Positions 46,423 to 56,607 of a stretch of DNA of 64,000 nucleotides are shown here, piece after piece; position 1 is the stretch's first letter, and each line of letters starts with the position of its first letter. A model generated the notes under the pieces. That model did not search any database and was not told where the DNA came from. It was given only the letters and a program-made list of their open reading frames with translations. Location of the stretch: the NCBI GenBank assembly GCA_029565395.1, contig JAKQOG010000028.1, positions 8,362 through 72,361 of the forward strand, given 5' to 3'. The position numbers and the translations under genes are program-made. This stretch comes from Candidatus Hydrogenedentota bacterium (GTDB lineage: Bacteria; Hydrogenedentota; Hydrogenedentia; Hydrogenedentales; CAILVY01).

Positions 46423-48651
46423 ATGACGGGTCAATGCTCGGATAACGTCCACAAAGAGCCGGGGATGATGGGTATGTCATGGGAAGCGGATCGGATGCCG
46501 GAGGCGGAGACGGATGCCGTAAACAAGAGTGTGGTTGAACCACGCACAGGGCTTATGCGTATTTTCACCAATGGCCCTGTTCTTGTTGGGTTTACCATTC
46601 TTCTGCTGGCGCCGCTGGCATTCGTGGGCGCGGCGTCGGTTAATTACATTACCCGCATACCCCAGCAACATGATGACGGCATCTTTACGGCTGCCGCGGT
46701 TCACCTGCTCAATGGGAAGACACTGTACACGGAGGTGTTCGAGCATAAGCCCCCCATGGTTTTTCTGGTAAATGCCGCCGCCTTGTGGCTGGGAGACGGC
46801 ACCGTGAATTCCGTGCGCCAGGGGCAACGTTTTTTTGCCGCCTTGGGCACGGCGGGCATTGCCCTTTCAATTTATTTCCTGTATGGACGCCGTTTGTTGA
46901 TGGTGGTGTTCGGGGTTCTTTTCCTGGTTGTTTTTTATAATCCAAAACTCTATCACCTTGGCAATTACACGGAAGAATATGGCGCGATTTTTACCATTGG
47001 AGGCGTCTTGTTCGCCGTTCTTTCCAAGAAATTTACGGATGCCCGCCGGTTAATCTGGTGTGCGCTTGCCGGATTCTCCTTTTCGTTTGCCGTGCTCAGT
47101 AAAGAACCCTTCGTATTGTGTTCGCTGCCATGGTTCTTTTTTGTTTTGATACGGCGGGATCTGGGATGGAAGAAATCATTCGCCGGCGGGGCGGTGTTTG
47201 CCCTGTGCGCGATCCTTCCGGGCCTGCTGTTTTTAGTATACCTGGTGACGCATGGGGCGCTGATGGCCTGGTATGACTCGCTCTTTATCAATTTCGGATA
47301 TATTGACAAGCGCACCAAGCACCTGGCCTCGGAGGCGATCTGGGTCCGGCTTTGGAAAAATCTACCGTCCGTGTCCGGCTTCGTTTTCAATGTTTCATGG
47401 ACCACAAAATGGCTGGCGGTTGCGGGCATGGTCTCCGCGTTGTATCCGCCCTTCTTGCGAAAATGCCACGGCGCGCCCTGGGCCATTCTGGCAATGTGCT
47501 TGCTGGACTTCTTTGCCACCCAGCTTTTAGGCCCCATTGGCGGGCACTACTGCTTGCAGCTTGTGCCGTCGTTTATTTTATTGTCCGCGACGGGGGCCGC
47601 GTTCCTGCTGTTTCTTTTCCGGAACTGGCGTTCCATCCAGGTGGCGCTGGTCCTTGCGGCGGCGGTTTGTCTGTGGCGGATGGATTATGAGCCGCTTGCC
47701 GCGTACGCGGAACGCGTGCAAAAGCCGGTGTCGGATGCGCGGATGGACGTGGTGTCGTATACGGTCCGGCAGAACAAGCGTCCGGGCGACACGCTTTATG
47801 TATCCAGCAGCAGCCATACTTCGTATTACACCGAAACAGGGCTGGTGTCGCCCGCCGCCATGTTTTATCCCCACTGGGATTATCTGTTGGATACGCCCGT
47901 GCGCACCGGCGAGGATCGCCGCGCCGCCTTGATTCGCCAACTTGAGGAGAGGCCCCCAACCTTCCTGATTCGATGCAAAGACTCCGAAGCTTCCATTAAA
48001 GGAACGGCATTCCCGAAGTGGGCGCAAGAAAACTACCGGTACACCGGCATAAGCGCGGGCACCGGCAGGTATGTTGCCCGTCTTTTTATTCGGAAGGATG
48101 CGGCTCAGGCAAACGCATTGAAACTTCCCCCCAACCTGCTTGCCAACGGCAACTTTAAGCAATGGAACATGGATAAAACTGTTCCGCTGGGTTTCAGCCT
48201 TTTATCTGGAAGCAAGTCGGCCATACAGCCTGCCCTGGGCGCAAATCAGGAGCCGCAAGGATTGATCCAAACCTGGACCGGCGATGATCAGGGGGAGGCA
48301 TTTAGAAACAGGTTGAGTGGCTATGTGCCCACCATGCAACCGGATACGATTTATCATTTTAGCGTGGTGGGCAAGAATTTCTCTGAAAACACCGTGCATA
48401 TGGCCGTGTGTTACGTGAATGGGTACGATACGCCGGAAATGCGGTTTGCTGTGCTAAGTTCCTGTTTGCTGAAGCTGGAACCCGGAAAAGACATGCAGGA
48501 AGTGGATAGTGAGTTTCAAACTGTTGCGGGCCGTGATGACCCTATGGCATTAGTATCTTTTATTGGAACCCCGGTTAAATTTCCCGGAAAAGTCCTCTGG
48601 CAAGAGTGGAAACTCTATAAAAACGACTATCCCCATCAAGCAGAGCACTGA
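46423..48651 (+). CDS. Polytopic membrane protein, GT-C-fold (ArnT/PMT-like) glycosyltransferase candidate with C-terminal extracytoplasmic domain
   Basis: The first periplasmic loop (DDGIFTAAAVHLLNGKTLYTEVFEHKPPMVFL) resembles the GT39/GT83 DE/DD loop region. There are about 11 TM segments and a soluble C-terminus of about 260 aa. The exact start is uncertain. Confidence 0.65.
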   Translation: MTGQCSDNVHKEPGMMGMSWEADRMPEAETDAVNKSVVEPRTGLMRIFTNGPVLVGFTILLLAPLAFVGAASVNYITRIPQQHDDGIFTAAAVHLLNGKTLYTEVFEHKPPMVFLVNAAALWLGDGTVNSVRQGQRFFAALGTAGIALSIYFLYGRRLLMVVFGVLFLVVFYNPKLYHLGNYTEEYGAIFTIGGVLFAVLSKKFTDARRLIWCALAGFSFSFAVLSKEPFVLCSLPWFFFVLIRRDLGWKKSFAGGAVFALCAILPGLLFLVYLVTHGALMAWYDSLFINFGYIDKRTKHLASEAIWVRLWKNLPSVSGFVFNVSWTTKWLAVAGMVSALYPPFLRKCHGAPWAILAMCLLDFFATQLLGPIGGHYCLQLVPSFILLSATGAAFLLFLFRNWRSIQVALVLAAAVCLWRMDYEPLAAYAERVQKPVSDARMDVVSYTVRQNKRPGDTLYVSSSSHTSYYTETGLVSPAAMFYPHWDYLLDTPVRTGEDRRAALIRQLEERPPTFLIRCKDSEASIKGTAFPKWAQENYRYTGISAGTGRYVARLFIRKDAAQANALKLPPNLLANGNFKQWNMDKTVPLGFSLLSGSKSAIQPALGANQEPQGLIQTWTGDDQGEAFRNRLSGYVPTMQPDTIYHFSVVGKNFSENTVHMAVCYVNGYDTPEMRFAVLSSCLLKLEPGKDMQEVDSEFQTVAGRDDPMALVSFIGTPVKFPGKVLWQEWKLYKNDYPHQAEH

Positions 48652-48752
48652 TTTTTGGGGATACACGAAACGGCCCGTCGTGGAGTAAAATGGGAGCCAC
48701 ACTGTCGTTGGGCGGTTTTTGGGCAGTCAACCTATATAAAGGAGCACGAGCT

Positions 48753-50213
48753 ATGGACAGGCGGTTTGGACGCAGAGCGTTTATGCAGGCGGCGGGCATT
48801 GGCGGCGCGGCAGTATACCTGGGATCGATGCAGGGCATGGTTTCCGCAGCGGCGCCGTCAACGGTGGTCATCAGTCCGGGGGCGCGGAAATCCAAAGTGA
48901 AGGTGGCCAAACTGTATCTGGGCATCCCGAAGGCCCATTGGCCGCATCCAACGATGGATATCGAAGCGGAGCAAAAAAAGTACGAAGAGGAATTCGCCAA
49001 GCGCTCCAAAGACTTTTCCGATATTGATTTTGTAGTGTCGGAACTGGTCACCAAGCAGGAACAGGTTGACCAGCTTCGTGAGCGCTTGGCAGAGGTGGAC
49101 GGGATTCTGGTTATCCACCTTTCCATGGGCATTGTGCCGATGCTGAAAAAGGTGCTGGAAGCAGGAAAGCCAACCATGCTGTTCGCAGCGCCGTATTCGG
49201 GCCATGAGTGGACACAATTCGGCAGTCTGCAAAACACACCGGGCGTAAGACTCGAATGTATGCTCACCAGCGACTTTGGGCAACTTGCGGCGGCGGTGCG
49301 CCCGTTCCGCGCGATCCATCACTTGCGCGAAGCAAAACTTCTGGATGTCACCGCCAGACCGCCTGCGCCAGAGTATGTACAATCGATCAAGGACAAATTC
49401 GGTACGGAGATTGTACAGATTGAAAAGCCCCGTATGATGGCCGCGTATGAGAGCATTGCTCCCGCTGCCGCAGAAGACGAAGCCAAGAGCTGGATAAAAC
49501 ACGCCACCAAGGTGGTGGAACCGTCGCGCGAAGAAGTCGTCAACTCCTGCCGTCTCGCGCTGGCCTTTGAAAAACTCATGGACGAGGAGCAGGCCACGGG
49601 GATCACCGTGGATTGCTATGGCAGCATGTACCGGCAACTGCCCGCGTTCCCATGCATCGGATTCACCCGGCTCAACGACATTGGTTTCGCGGGCATCTGC
49701 GAATCTGACCTTAAGTCCGCCGTCACCTTCATGATGATGCAAAGCTTGTGTGGCAAGCCGGGATTCATCAGCGATCCGACCGTGGACGAATCCAAAGGCG
49801 GCATTATCCTCGCGCACTGTCTCGGTTCCACCAAAATGAACGGCCCGGACGGCGAGGCCAGCCCCTACAAACTGCGCTGCATCATGGAACGCCAGGAAGG
49901 CGCCGTAACCCAGGTGAGCATGCCCGTCGGACCGAAAACAACCCAGGCCATTCTTGTGGGCACGGACCAATTGCGCTATTTCACCGGCGACGTTATTGAG
50001 GCCCCCGATATCGAACGCGGCTGCCGCACAAAAATTAACGTGAAAGTGGACGGCGATATCGAGTGCCTGTGGAAAAACTGGTCGAACGGACTCCACCGTG
50101 TTACCTGCTACGGCGACCTCCGCCCCGACCTCAAACGCTATGCCCATTTCATGGATATCAAACTGCTGGATGAAGCACGGCCAATTACGGTGGAAGAGCC
50201 GAAAGCGGTGTGA
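48753..50213 (+). CDS. TAT-signal exported hypothetical protein
   Basis: ATG 48753 follows AAGGAG. The TAT motif is DRRFGRRAFMQAAGIGGAAVYLG. The body family was not recognised. Confidence 0.7.
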   Translation: MDRRFGRRAFMQAAGIGGAAVYLGSMQGMVSAAAPSTVVISPGARKSKVKVAKLYLGIPKAHWPHPTMDIEAEQKKYEEEFAKRSKDFSDIDFVVSELVTKQEQVDQLRERLAEVDGILVIHLSMGIVPMLKKVLEAGKPTMLFAAPYSGHEWTQFGSLQNTPGVRLECMLTSDFGQLAAAVRPFRAIHHLREAKLLDVTARPPAPEYVQSIKDKFGTEIVQIEKPRMMAAYESIAPAAAEDEAKSWIKHATKVVEPSREEVVNSCRLALAFEKLMDEEQATGITVDCYGSMYRQLPAFPCIGFTRLNDIGFAGICESDLKSAVTFMMMQSLCGKPGFISDPTVDESKGGIILAHCLGSTKMNGPDGEASPYKLRCIMERQEGAVTQVSMPVGPKTTQAILVGTDQLRYFTGDVIEAPDIERGCRTKINVKVDGDIECLWKNWSNGLHRVTCYGDLRPDLKRYAHFMDIKLLDEARPITVEEPKAV

Positions 50214-50268
50214 TCAGAGATTCTGTTGCTCGGTTTGTTCAAAACGAAGCTTTTGGAACAAGCCCGTT

Positions 50269-50287
50269 TCCCAAGTGCAACTTGGGA
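50269..50287 (+). terminator. Hairpin TCCCAAGT-GCA-ACTTGGGA downstream of 48753-50213 (terminator candidate)
   Basis: Perfect 8-bp stem, extendable with one bulge, followed within about 10 nt by TTTTATT. Confidence 0.4.
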
Positions 50288-50360
50288 ACGAGAGGACATT
50301 TTATTCTTGGTTGTTGTACTATTTGAGACAAACTTGTTTCAGTTAGAAAGGGGAATTTTT

Positions 50361-51617
50361 ATGAGTGGGCCATGTATTATTTTAGATAAATCTGCTTTTC
50401 AATCTCTTAAAAAGTCAGAGTCTTTTATTCTTCATAAATATTTCTTTGTGAATGTGCCGCCAGTCCTTGTACTTGAAATCATTGGTGATCTTAAAAAACT
50501 TTCCCTAAAAAAAGATCCTCACAAAATGGTAAGCGAGTATGCAGGCAAGTTACTTTTGTCTAACGGATTTGTAAACACACATTTTACACAGCTTCTCACT
50601 TCATCCCTAAAAGGAGAACCTGTTTTTATGGATGGTCGACCATTGATTGGAATGGGTCGATCATCTTATGTTGAAGGACAAGGCAAAGGAGTTGTTATTG
50701 ATTGTTCCCCAGAGTTAGAGGCAGTAAATAGGTGGAAAGATGGAAATTTCCTGAAATCGGAGGAAATACTTGCAGAAAGATGGCGCAACATTACCCAAGG
50801 CATTAACCTTGAGTATTTGCGGCAAAAACTTCGCGCAAAAGCATTGCGTATTCCTCGAGTTGAGATACCGGAGGAATTGATTGAAATGGTTGATGACTTT
50901 TTATCAAATATATCCAATCCAATAGGTGAACTGTATTGGCTTTTCTTGGAGTTAGGTGTAGCGCCGAACACAATAGAGCGAGCTAGTCTTAGGTGGCAGA
51001 ATTGTGGATATACCAACCTAGTCTCTTTTGCCCCCTATGCTCACCATTGTGTTCGCGTGTCGTTATTTTTCTATATGGGCCTTTTTCATAATTGTCCATT
51101 CACTGGAACACGCGCTACAAATAAAATAGACCTTGAATATCTTTATTACCTGCCCTTTTGTAATGTATTTGCCAGTGGCGATAATTTTCACGTACGTATT
51201 TGCCGTGTTTTTTTACGCAAAGATCAGTCATTTGTTGGAAGGGACGACCTAAAAAGAGATCTAGCCGCTATAGATTCGCTTTGGGTTAAGTTCACCCCAA
51301 ACCAAAAAGCATATATTTGGCCCCCTGAACGTGAAGGTTCAATAGTGTTGGACCTTTGGAAAAAACATGTTGCGCCAGTGAGAAGTGACGATCAAAATCT
51401 AGCGTTTCTTATGTCTAAGGAAAAGCAAGAAGAGATTCTCTCTCGTCTCAAATTAATTAAGGCAACGGCACAGCAAAATGCATCGAGTCAATATGACTTT
51501 TCTCCTATTCACGAACCAGAATTTATTCAAATTTCTCAGAAAATGAATCCAAAAGATCCCTGCCCTTGTGGAAGCGGACTACCTGCGGGCCAATGCCACC
51601 TTAAAAATATCAAATAA
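50361..51617 (+). CDS. PIN-like domain protein with C-terminal SEC-C metal-binding motif
   Basis: Strongly AT-rich gene with ATG 50361 after AAAGGGGA. The N-terminus CIILDKSAF..VLVLEIIGDL is PIN-like (D, E). The later motif IDLEYLYYLPFCNVFASGDNFH supplies further acidic residues. The C-terminus DPCPCGSGLPAGQCH is a SEC-C motif. Confidence 0.7.
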   Translation: MSGPCIILDKSAFQSLKKSESFILHKYFFVNVPPVLVLEIIGDLKKLSLKKDPHKMVSEYAGKLLLSNGFVNTHFTQLLTSSLKGEPVFMDGRPLIGMGRSSYVEGQGKGVVIDCSPELEAVNRWKDGNFLKSEEILAERWRNITQGINLEYLRQKLRAKALRIPRVEIPEELIEMVDDFLSNISNPIGELYWLFLELGVAPNTIERASLRWQNCGYTNLVSFAPYAHHCVRVSLFFYMGLFHNCPFTGTRATNKIDLEYLYYLPFCNVFASGDNFHVRICRVFLRKDQSFVGRDDLKRDLAAIDSLWVKFTPNQKAYIWPPEREGSIVLDLWKKHVAPVRSDDQNLAFLMSKEKQEEILSRLKLIKATAQQNASSQYDFSPIHEPEFIQISQKMNPKDPCPCGSGLPAGQCHLKNIK

Positions 51618-51637
51618 AGTCAAATTTTCATTTCCCT

Positions 51638-54016
51638 TTATGTTCTTTTGAAAGTGATATCCCAGCGGACTTCTGCAGAGGTGGGGCTGCGGAGGACGGC
51701 GCGGAGTTCGGTATCGGTTTGGGTCATGGCGGCGGAGCAGTCCGGGGTTTCAGATTTGATAGTGTCGGCAGACCATCCTGCAGGAACAATGATGCGGAGT
51801 TCATAGGGATCGCCCTCGACGATTTTGCTGGAACCGCTCAGGGTGTTGGCGGCGCTATCCCAATTTTCTGAGGTGATGTCCACGATGCCTTGGGTGATGT
51901 GGCGGTTGGTGCTGAGGACAAAGGGGTGGTCCAACAATGGCCGCACGGCGATTACGCGGCAGGAACCCTTCGGGAGACTGACCGATAATTCTTTTTCAAA
52001 AACGCCCAGCGATTTCTTCTCCCAAAAATCGAATGCGGCATAGCGCGGGGCATCCGGCAGACCGAGTTTTTCCGCGGTGTAGGTGATCGTGGTGTCCTGT
52101 TTCTCATCCCAATTGTAAAAGCCGAGGACATCGCGCCGGACGCCGCTCTGGGTGTCGGTGAGTATCCAAACCTGCGGCAGGTCATGTTCAAACAGATCGA
52201 CGGGCCGCGCTTTAAGGCCATGGTTCGGCAGGATGCGCTTGGCAATGTCGAGCCGTTCCTCGGGGAGATCCGGAAGCCAATCACTCATCACGGTGAGTTG
52301 TCCGCTCAGGGCCACCCACGAGCAAAGTAGCAGAGAGTGTTCCAGCGGCATGGATGCGCGCAGATACACGGGATCGGGATCGTTGTACCAGACGCGTCCG
52401 TGCAGGAAATAACGGTTGCTGCCGTGCCAGGGACCTGCCTTCAGGCTGTTCATATCGGGGCCGTTATCCGGGCCGATGCGCATGGCATCGAGCAGCCCGA
52501 AACTCCCACCGAGCGTGCGCATGTTCTGCGAGACGTTGCATCCCAAAATGAATACATCCGTTCCGGCGGCCAGCCGCACCAGTTTCAAGCCTTCGCGATA
52601 CCGCTCGATGGGCGTCTTTGTCCGATCATAGGCCACGGCCTCGCCAAGATCATCCTTCACATAGCCGTCATTCACGTAGAGGAGATTCGCGCCGGTGCCG
52701 TTCCAGAGTCCATCTAATTTCAGGTAATTGAATCCCCATTCTTTCGTGATGCGCTGGATGGACTTTTGTAGAAACTCATGCGCGGCGGGATTCGTAATAT
52801 CCAGGCACCAGCCCGCCCACTTCGCGTAATACAATCCGCCATCCGCCCGCTTGAGGAAGTAATCCTGATGATCGATCAGCGTATCGCACAGGGGATCCCA
52901 TGCGAAGGGCATCAACCACAGGCCGGGGATGAATCCCAATGTGCTGAGATTTTGCGCGGCGGAGGTCATTCCCGAAGGATAGGGGCCTTCGGGATCGTGC
53001 TGGGTGAAATCGGCATGCGGACCCCACCACCACTTTTTGTTTTGCTCATCCTTGGGCTTTCCGAGATAGTCATCGGTGCGGCCGCGCCGGTCGAGTTCGC
53101 CCCGATCCCGGGATCGGCCCTGCCATTGATCGTCAATCTGAATGAAGTCCAATCCGAACGGTTTTAAGGTTTTCTGCACGAATGCCGCCAGTTCCGGCAG
53201 ATGTTTTTCGTCGTTGGCGCCACCGTGAGGATTGGAGTACCACGTACAATAGCCGCTCGGAATGCGCGGCAGCGTGATGGCGTAGTGCGCGGCGATATGG
53301 TCCGCGTACTTCTCCAGCCCGTCGCGCACGTCGTCAAAATAGCCCACCACCAGCGTTTCGTGCTTCGCTTCACTTTTAGCCGGAATGACCAGCCGGCCGT
53401 AATCGATCTGGGGACGGAGAAGCACCGCGTCCTCTTTCCGCTCGGAAAATATTACGCCATTTCCGCGATCTTGTGTAAGCCAGCCCGCGACGATACCGTT
53501 GCGGTGTTCCACACTGCCCACTGCAAGAAAGGTGTAACTGCCCGGATTTTCCTCCGGTTTCTTTAAGCCTGCCGTACCCAATACCCGGATCGCGGACACG
53601 GGTTCATTGATCTGGATAGAAAGTTGATGCGGCGCATATTCGTTGATAATCATTTCCTGTGCGGTGGTGTTCAACGAGTTTCCGCCAAAGAAAACAAACG
53701 GACTGCTGTCAAAAAGCGTGATGCTGGCTGTGCTTTCCTGTCCAGTGAGCAAGATGCTTTTCCCGGCCCCATAGACAGGATGATTAATCGAAACCACCGA
53801 GGCCGTTGCCTTGGCAAGCGTCCATTTGCCTTCCTGAATAAACGCGAGATTTCCCGCCTTGGACAGAATCTGAAAGATGCCTGTATCCGGCGTGCAGTGA
53901 ACGGCATAGAGCGCATTTTCAATTTTGATTTCGCTGGAAGTATTTGCGGCCATGGCCAAGTTCCCAAATACCAGTAGTACACCAACAATTGCCGATAGCC
54001 TTGTAAACATTATCAT
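51638..54016 (-). CDS. Clan GH-D glycoside hydrolase (GH36/GH27 alpha-galactosidase-like), signal peptide
   Basis: Start refined to ATG 54016 (MIMFTRLSAIVGVLLVFGNLAMA). The catalytic-region motifs are YCTWYS, FIQIDDQW and GFNYLKLDGLWNG. Confidence 0.7.
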   Translation of the reverse strand: MIMFTRLSAIVGVLLVFGNLAMAANTSSEIKIENALYAVHCTPDTGIFQILSKAGNLAFIQEGKWTLAKATASVVSINHPVYGAGKSILLTGQESTASITLFDSSPFVFFGGNSLNTTAQEMIINEYAPHQLSIQINEPVSAIRVLGTAGLKKPEENPGSYTFLAVGSVEHRNGIVAGWLTQDRGNGVIFSERKEDAVLLRPQIDYGRLVIPAKSEAKHETLVVGYFDDVRDGLEKYADHIAAHYAITLPRIPSGYCTWYSNPHGGANDEKHLPELAAFVQKTLKPFGLDFIQIDDQWQGRSRDRGELDRRGRTDDYLGKPKDEQNKKWWWGPHADFTQHDPEGPYPSGMTSAAQNLSTLGFIPGLWLMPFAWDPLCDTLIDHQDYFLKRADGGLYYAKWAGWCLDITNPAAHEFLQKSIQRITKEWGFNYLKLDGLWNGTGANLLYVNDGYVKDDLGEAVAYDRTKTPIERYREGLKLVRLAAGTDVFILGCNVSQNMRTLGGSFGLLDAMRIGPDNGPDMNSLKAGPWHGSNRYFLHGRVWYNDPDPVYLRASMPLEHSLLLCSWVALSGQLTVMSDWLPDLPEERLDIAKRILPNHGLKARPVDLFEHDLPQVWILTDTQSGVRRDVLGFYNWDEKQDTTITYTAEKLGLPDAPRYAAFDFWEKKSLGVFEKELSVSLPKGSCRVIAVRPLLDHPFVLSTNRHITQGIVDITSENWDSAANTLSGSSKIVEGDPYELRIIVPAGWSADTIKSETPDCSAAMTQTDTELRAVLRSPTSAEVRWDITFKRT

Positions 54017-54191
54017 GACTTTCTTTCGTTCATGTTCGTCAATGCCATAAATACCCTGCTCTTCTCTTTGCTGGGGACCAATGTACACATCAGAATAGAT
54101 AAAACACAACCGATACTGCTGCCCGTATCGTCCGTTCCGTGCAAGCGGGAAGCCAGTAGGGTGCGCCGTGCACACCGATCTACCGCTCTTG

Positions 54192-54287
54192 CCCCGAAGG
54201 GGTAAACGAAAGTAGCCGGGGTGTTGAGCGAAGCGATACCCCCGGAAAATGAATTCCTCCATCCTCACCCTTACCCCGGAGGGGTAA
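54192..54287. repeat. Cluster of three GC-stem hairpins (REP-like module)
   Basis: CCCC-GAA-GGGG (54192-54202), CCGGGGT..ACCCCCGG (54216-54245) and TTACCCC-GGA-GGGGTAA (54271-54287). The middle loop is related to 15016-15043. Confidence 0.45.
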
Positions 54288-54453
54288 TAGAAAACATCGG
54301 CGCAATACCTTCACGGGAGGTGTGAGACAGGGGAAATAGGCAGCCAGAGGACAGTCGTCTTTTTCCCTGTGTGCTCTGTGGCTCCGTGTGCGATAGATCA
54401 TCACGCGGAGGCACGGAGATCACCGGGAAAGAACAGAAATAATAGGTCCCTAT

Positions 54454-56526
54454 TTATTTGAACACGCGCACGAAATCGATGTCGCATTCTCCGGGAACGC
54501 CCGCATCGGGGCAATCCTGCGGAAGGCCGTTATACGGCACTTTTCCCACCAGCAGTTCTTTCACAGGCTCGCTGGCGCTGTTTTTCCGGTAGAACACGAA
54601 GAAATACCGGTAATGAACGCCGTCCGTGCTGAATTCCACCACGCCGCGGGCATCATCCCATCGCGCGCGAACCCACACCCAATCCGAGGCGGTATAAGGC
54701 GGCCCGATGACCTGCGTGCCCATGATATCCGCCTGATATTCATTCTTCCGCGTGCCGATGCGCGCGCCATCGCCATTATTCCAGCGCACCATTGCGGAAG
54801 GTCCCCACGACATGCCGCCGTCCGTGCCTTGTTTCAATCGAATCTCAATCCCGTGAAGACTTTTGTTCAGCGGGATGGTCAGAAAGGCATAGGTATTGGT
54901 TTTCGCGGAGATGTGCAGACATCCGTCGCGGATGGAGAGGGGATCCGGGTTTTCGGGGGAAACCGAGCGCGCCGCGTCCGGCATGACATCAAATTCATTC
55001 GTCCACTGCGGCGCGGCATTCCAGTCTGCTCCTGACAAGAACGTTTGGAGATCCTTCATTTTGTCCGCCACACCGGCCTGCCGTTCCCGCACGCGCTGAT
55101 CCACGAATTTTTGCAGGTCCATGGTCATTCGGGGACGGTAGCTATTGACAATAAAATCACGTTTTTGCGGATTTCCGATCAAGGTATGCAAACGCCCATT
55201 GGCCTCCAGCAGCGGTTCTATCAATTCCGCGGTGAGGTCTTTGGCGCTGTTCGTACACAACACGCCGATGCAGTTGTTGATGTTGTAGCCGGACACAAAA
55301 AACCGGAGATAATCGAAGTTGCCGTAGACCGCGTCACGGCCTTCCCCCCGCAGTTGGATGTCGGTATAGGCATCGGCATGCGGCATATACATCATGCCCT
55401 CAGCGGGTCCCAGTTCCGCAGTGGAGTGCCATTCGAGCAGGCCTTTTTCCCCGATAATCGTCCGGCTTTTACGCGCGAGGGCATACAACGCCGCCGGATT
55501 TTCCATATACTGTCCATCGAAATACAGTCCGTCCGGCTTCAGGTCCTGCATCACCCGCGTGATGGCGTCGAGGAACAGCGGCATGTTCTCGCCGTTCACG
55601 ATCGCGCCGGGGCACACCCCTGGTTGGTCATTCACAGCATTTTTTTCTTGCGGCGTTCCTTTCAGAAAATAGAACGGGCTGGTATATACGATATAGGGCA
55701 TATCCATCCCGTGGATCGTGTTCCGGACACGGTTCCATTCATCCAAGCCGAGCCGCGGCACAAAATCGAGGTTCCAATCCTTCCAGAGCATCACTTCGGA
55801 TTGAAGAAGGATCATTGTTCCGTACGGTTTCCAGGATTTCAATTCATCATCGGGCGGATAGGATGATTTATTCGACCAATGCCAGATCACCTGTTGATCC
55901 AGCGAGCGCTGCCAATCATACGGCTTCGGCGGACACACCCCGAAGCACAGCACCGCGTCCGTGGGCAACGCATAACGGGCTATCTCGGGTTGATAGGGGT
56001 CAAAATGGTCGTTGAGATCCGTTTCCGAACAATACAACGCAAATCCGCCCAATTCATCCACCACGAGATGATTATTCTTCCAAGAGGCATTCCAGGCCGG
56101 CGTGATGGCACACTGCACGGCGATTTCGAGCGGTTCATGCACATGAATCAAGCATAATGAGTCCCCATTCACGCGTATGGTCATCTTGGGTTGTTCCGCC
56201 ATGAGCCGGGCAAACCCAGGACCGGAATGCGTCAATTTCAGCCCCTTTACCGGCTTTCCTAGAAGCACTTTTCCAACCAGGCGCTGCTCCACGAGCCGCT
56301 GATGAAAGAGGATTTCCCCTCTGGCTGCGTCAAATGCAATATCCGCACCCGTGGTTTTTACCTGCACGCCGGACTCCACCGGTTTTGCTTCTTCCACCAC
56401 CATCCCGCACTGCGCCTCCGAAAATACCGACGGATCCATCAAATCCTGAAACCGGGGAACAGCGTTTTGCGCCATGGCCCCCGCAGCGCACAACATGGCC
56501 ATCACACACAATGTTACTTGTCTCAT
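54454..56526 (-). CDS. Secreted hypothetical protein (possible glycoside-hydrolase-like barrel plus C-terminal beta-sandwich)
   Basis: ATG 56526 follows GAGGAG. Signal peptide MRQVTLCVMAMLCAAGAMA. No family was recognised with confidence. Confidence 0.65.
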   Translation of the reverse strand: MRQVTLCVMAMLCAAGAMAQNAVPRFQDLMDPSVFSEAQCGMVVEEAKPVESGVQVKTTGADIAFDAARGEILFHQRLVEQRLVGKVLLGKPVKGLKLTHSGPGFARLMAEQPKMTIRVNGDSLCLIHVHEPLEIAVQCAITPAWNASWKNNHLVVDELGGFALYCSETDLNDHFDPYQPEIARYALPTDAVLCFGVCPPKPYDWQRSLDQQVIWHWSNKSSYPPDDELKSWKPYGTMILLQSEVMLWKDWNLDFVPRLGLDEWNRVRNTIHGMDMPYIVYTSPFYFLKGTPQEKNAVNDQPGVCPGAIVNGENMPLFLDAITRVMQDLKPDGLYFDGQYMENPAALYALARKSRTIIGEKGLLEWHSTAELGPAEGMMYMPHADAYTDIQLRGEGRDAVYGNFDYLRFFVSGYNINNCIGVLCTNSAKDLTAELIEPLLEANGRLHTLIGNPQKRDFIVNSYRPRMTMDLQKFVDQRVRERQAGVADKMKDLQTFLSGADWNAAPQWTNEFDVMPDAARSVSPENPDPLSIRDGCLHISAKTNTYAFLTIPLNKSLHGIEIRLKQGTDGGMSWGPSAMVRWNNGDGARIGTRKNEYQADIMGTQVIGPPYTASDWVWVRARWDDARGVVEFSTDGVHYRYFFVFYRKNSASEPVKELLVGKVPYNGLPQDCPDAGVPGECDIDFVRVFK

Positions 56527-56607
56527 AATGTGCTCCTCATTGAAACCTTGAGCATAGCAAAGCCGCACCAGACAATGACATTTGTGCAGGATGAGAAATA
56601 GTTTTTT

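Noticed and set aside
54017-54268. N-terminal 84-aa extension of the alpha-galactosidase-like ORF and the 74-aa ORF 54180-54404
   Set aside because: The extension reads through GC-stem hairpins (translation ..LPLRGKSGRS..). A canonical signal peptide begins at the internal Met (54016), so the shorter gene model is preferred.
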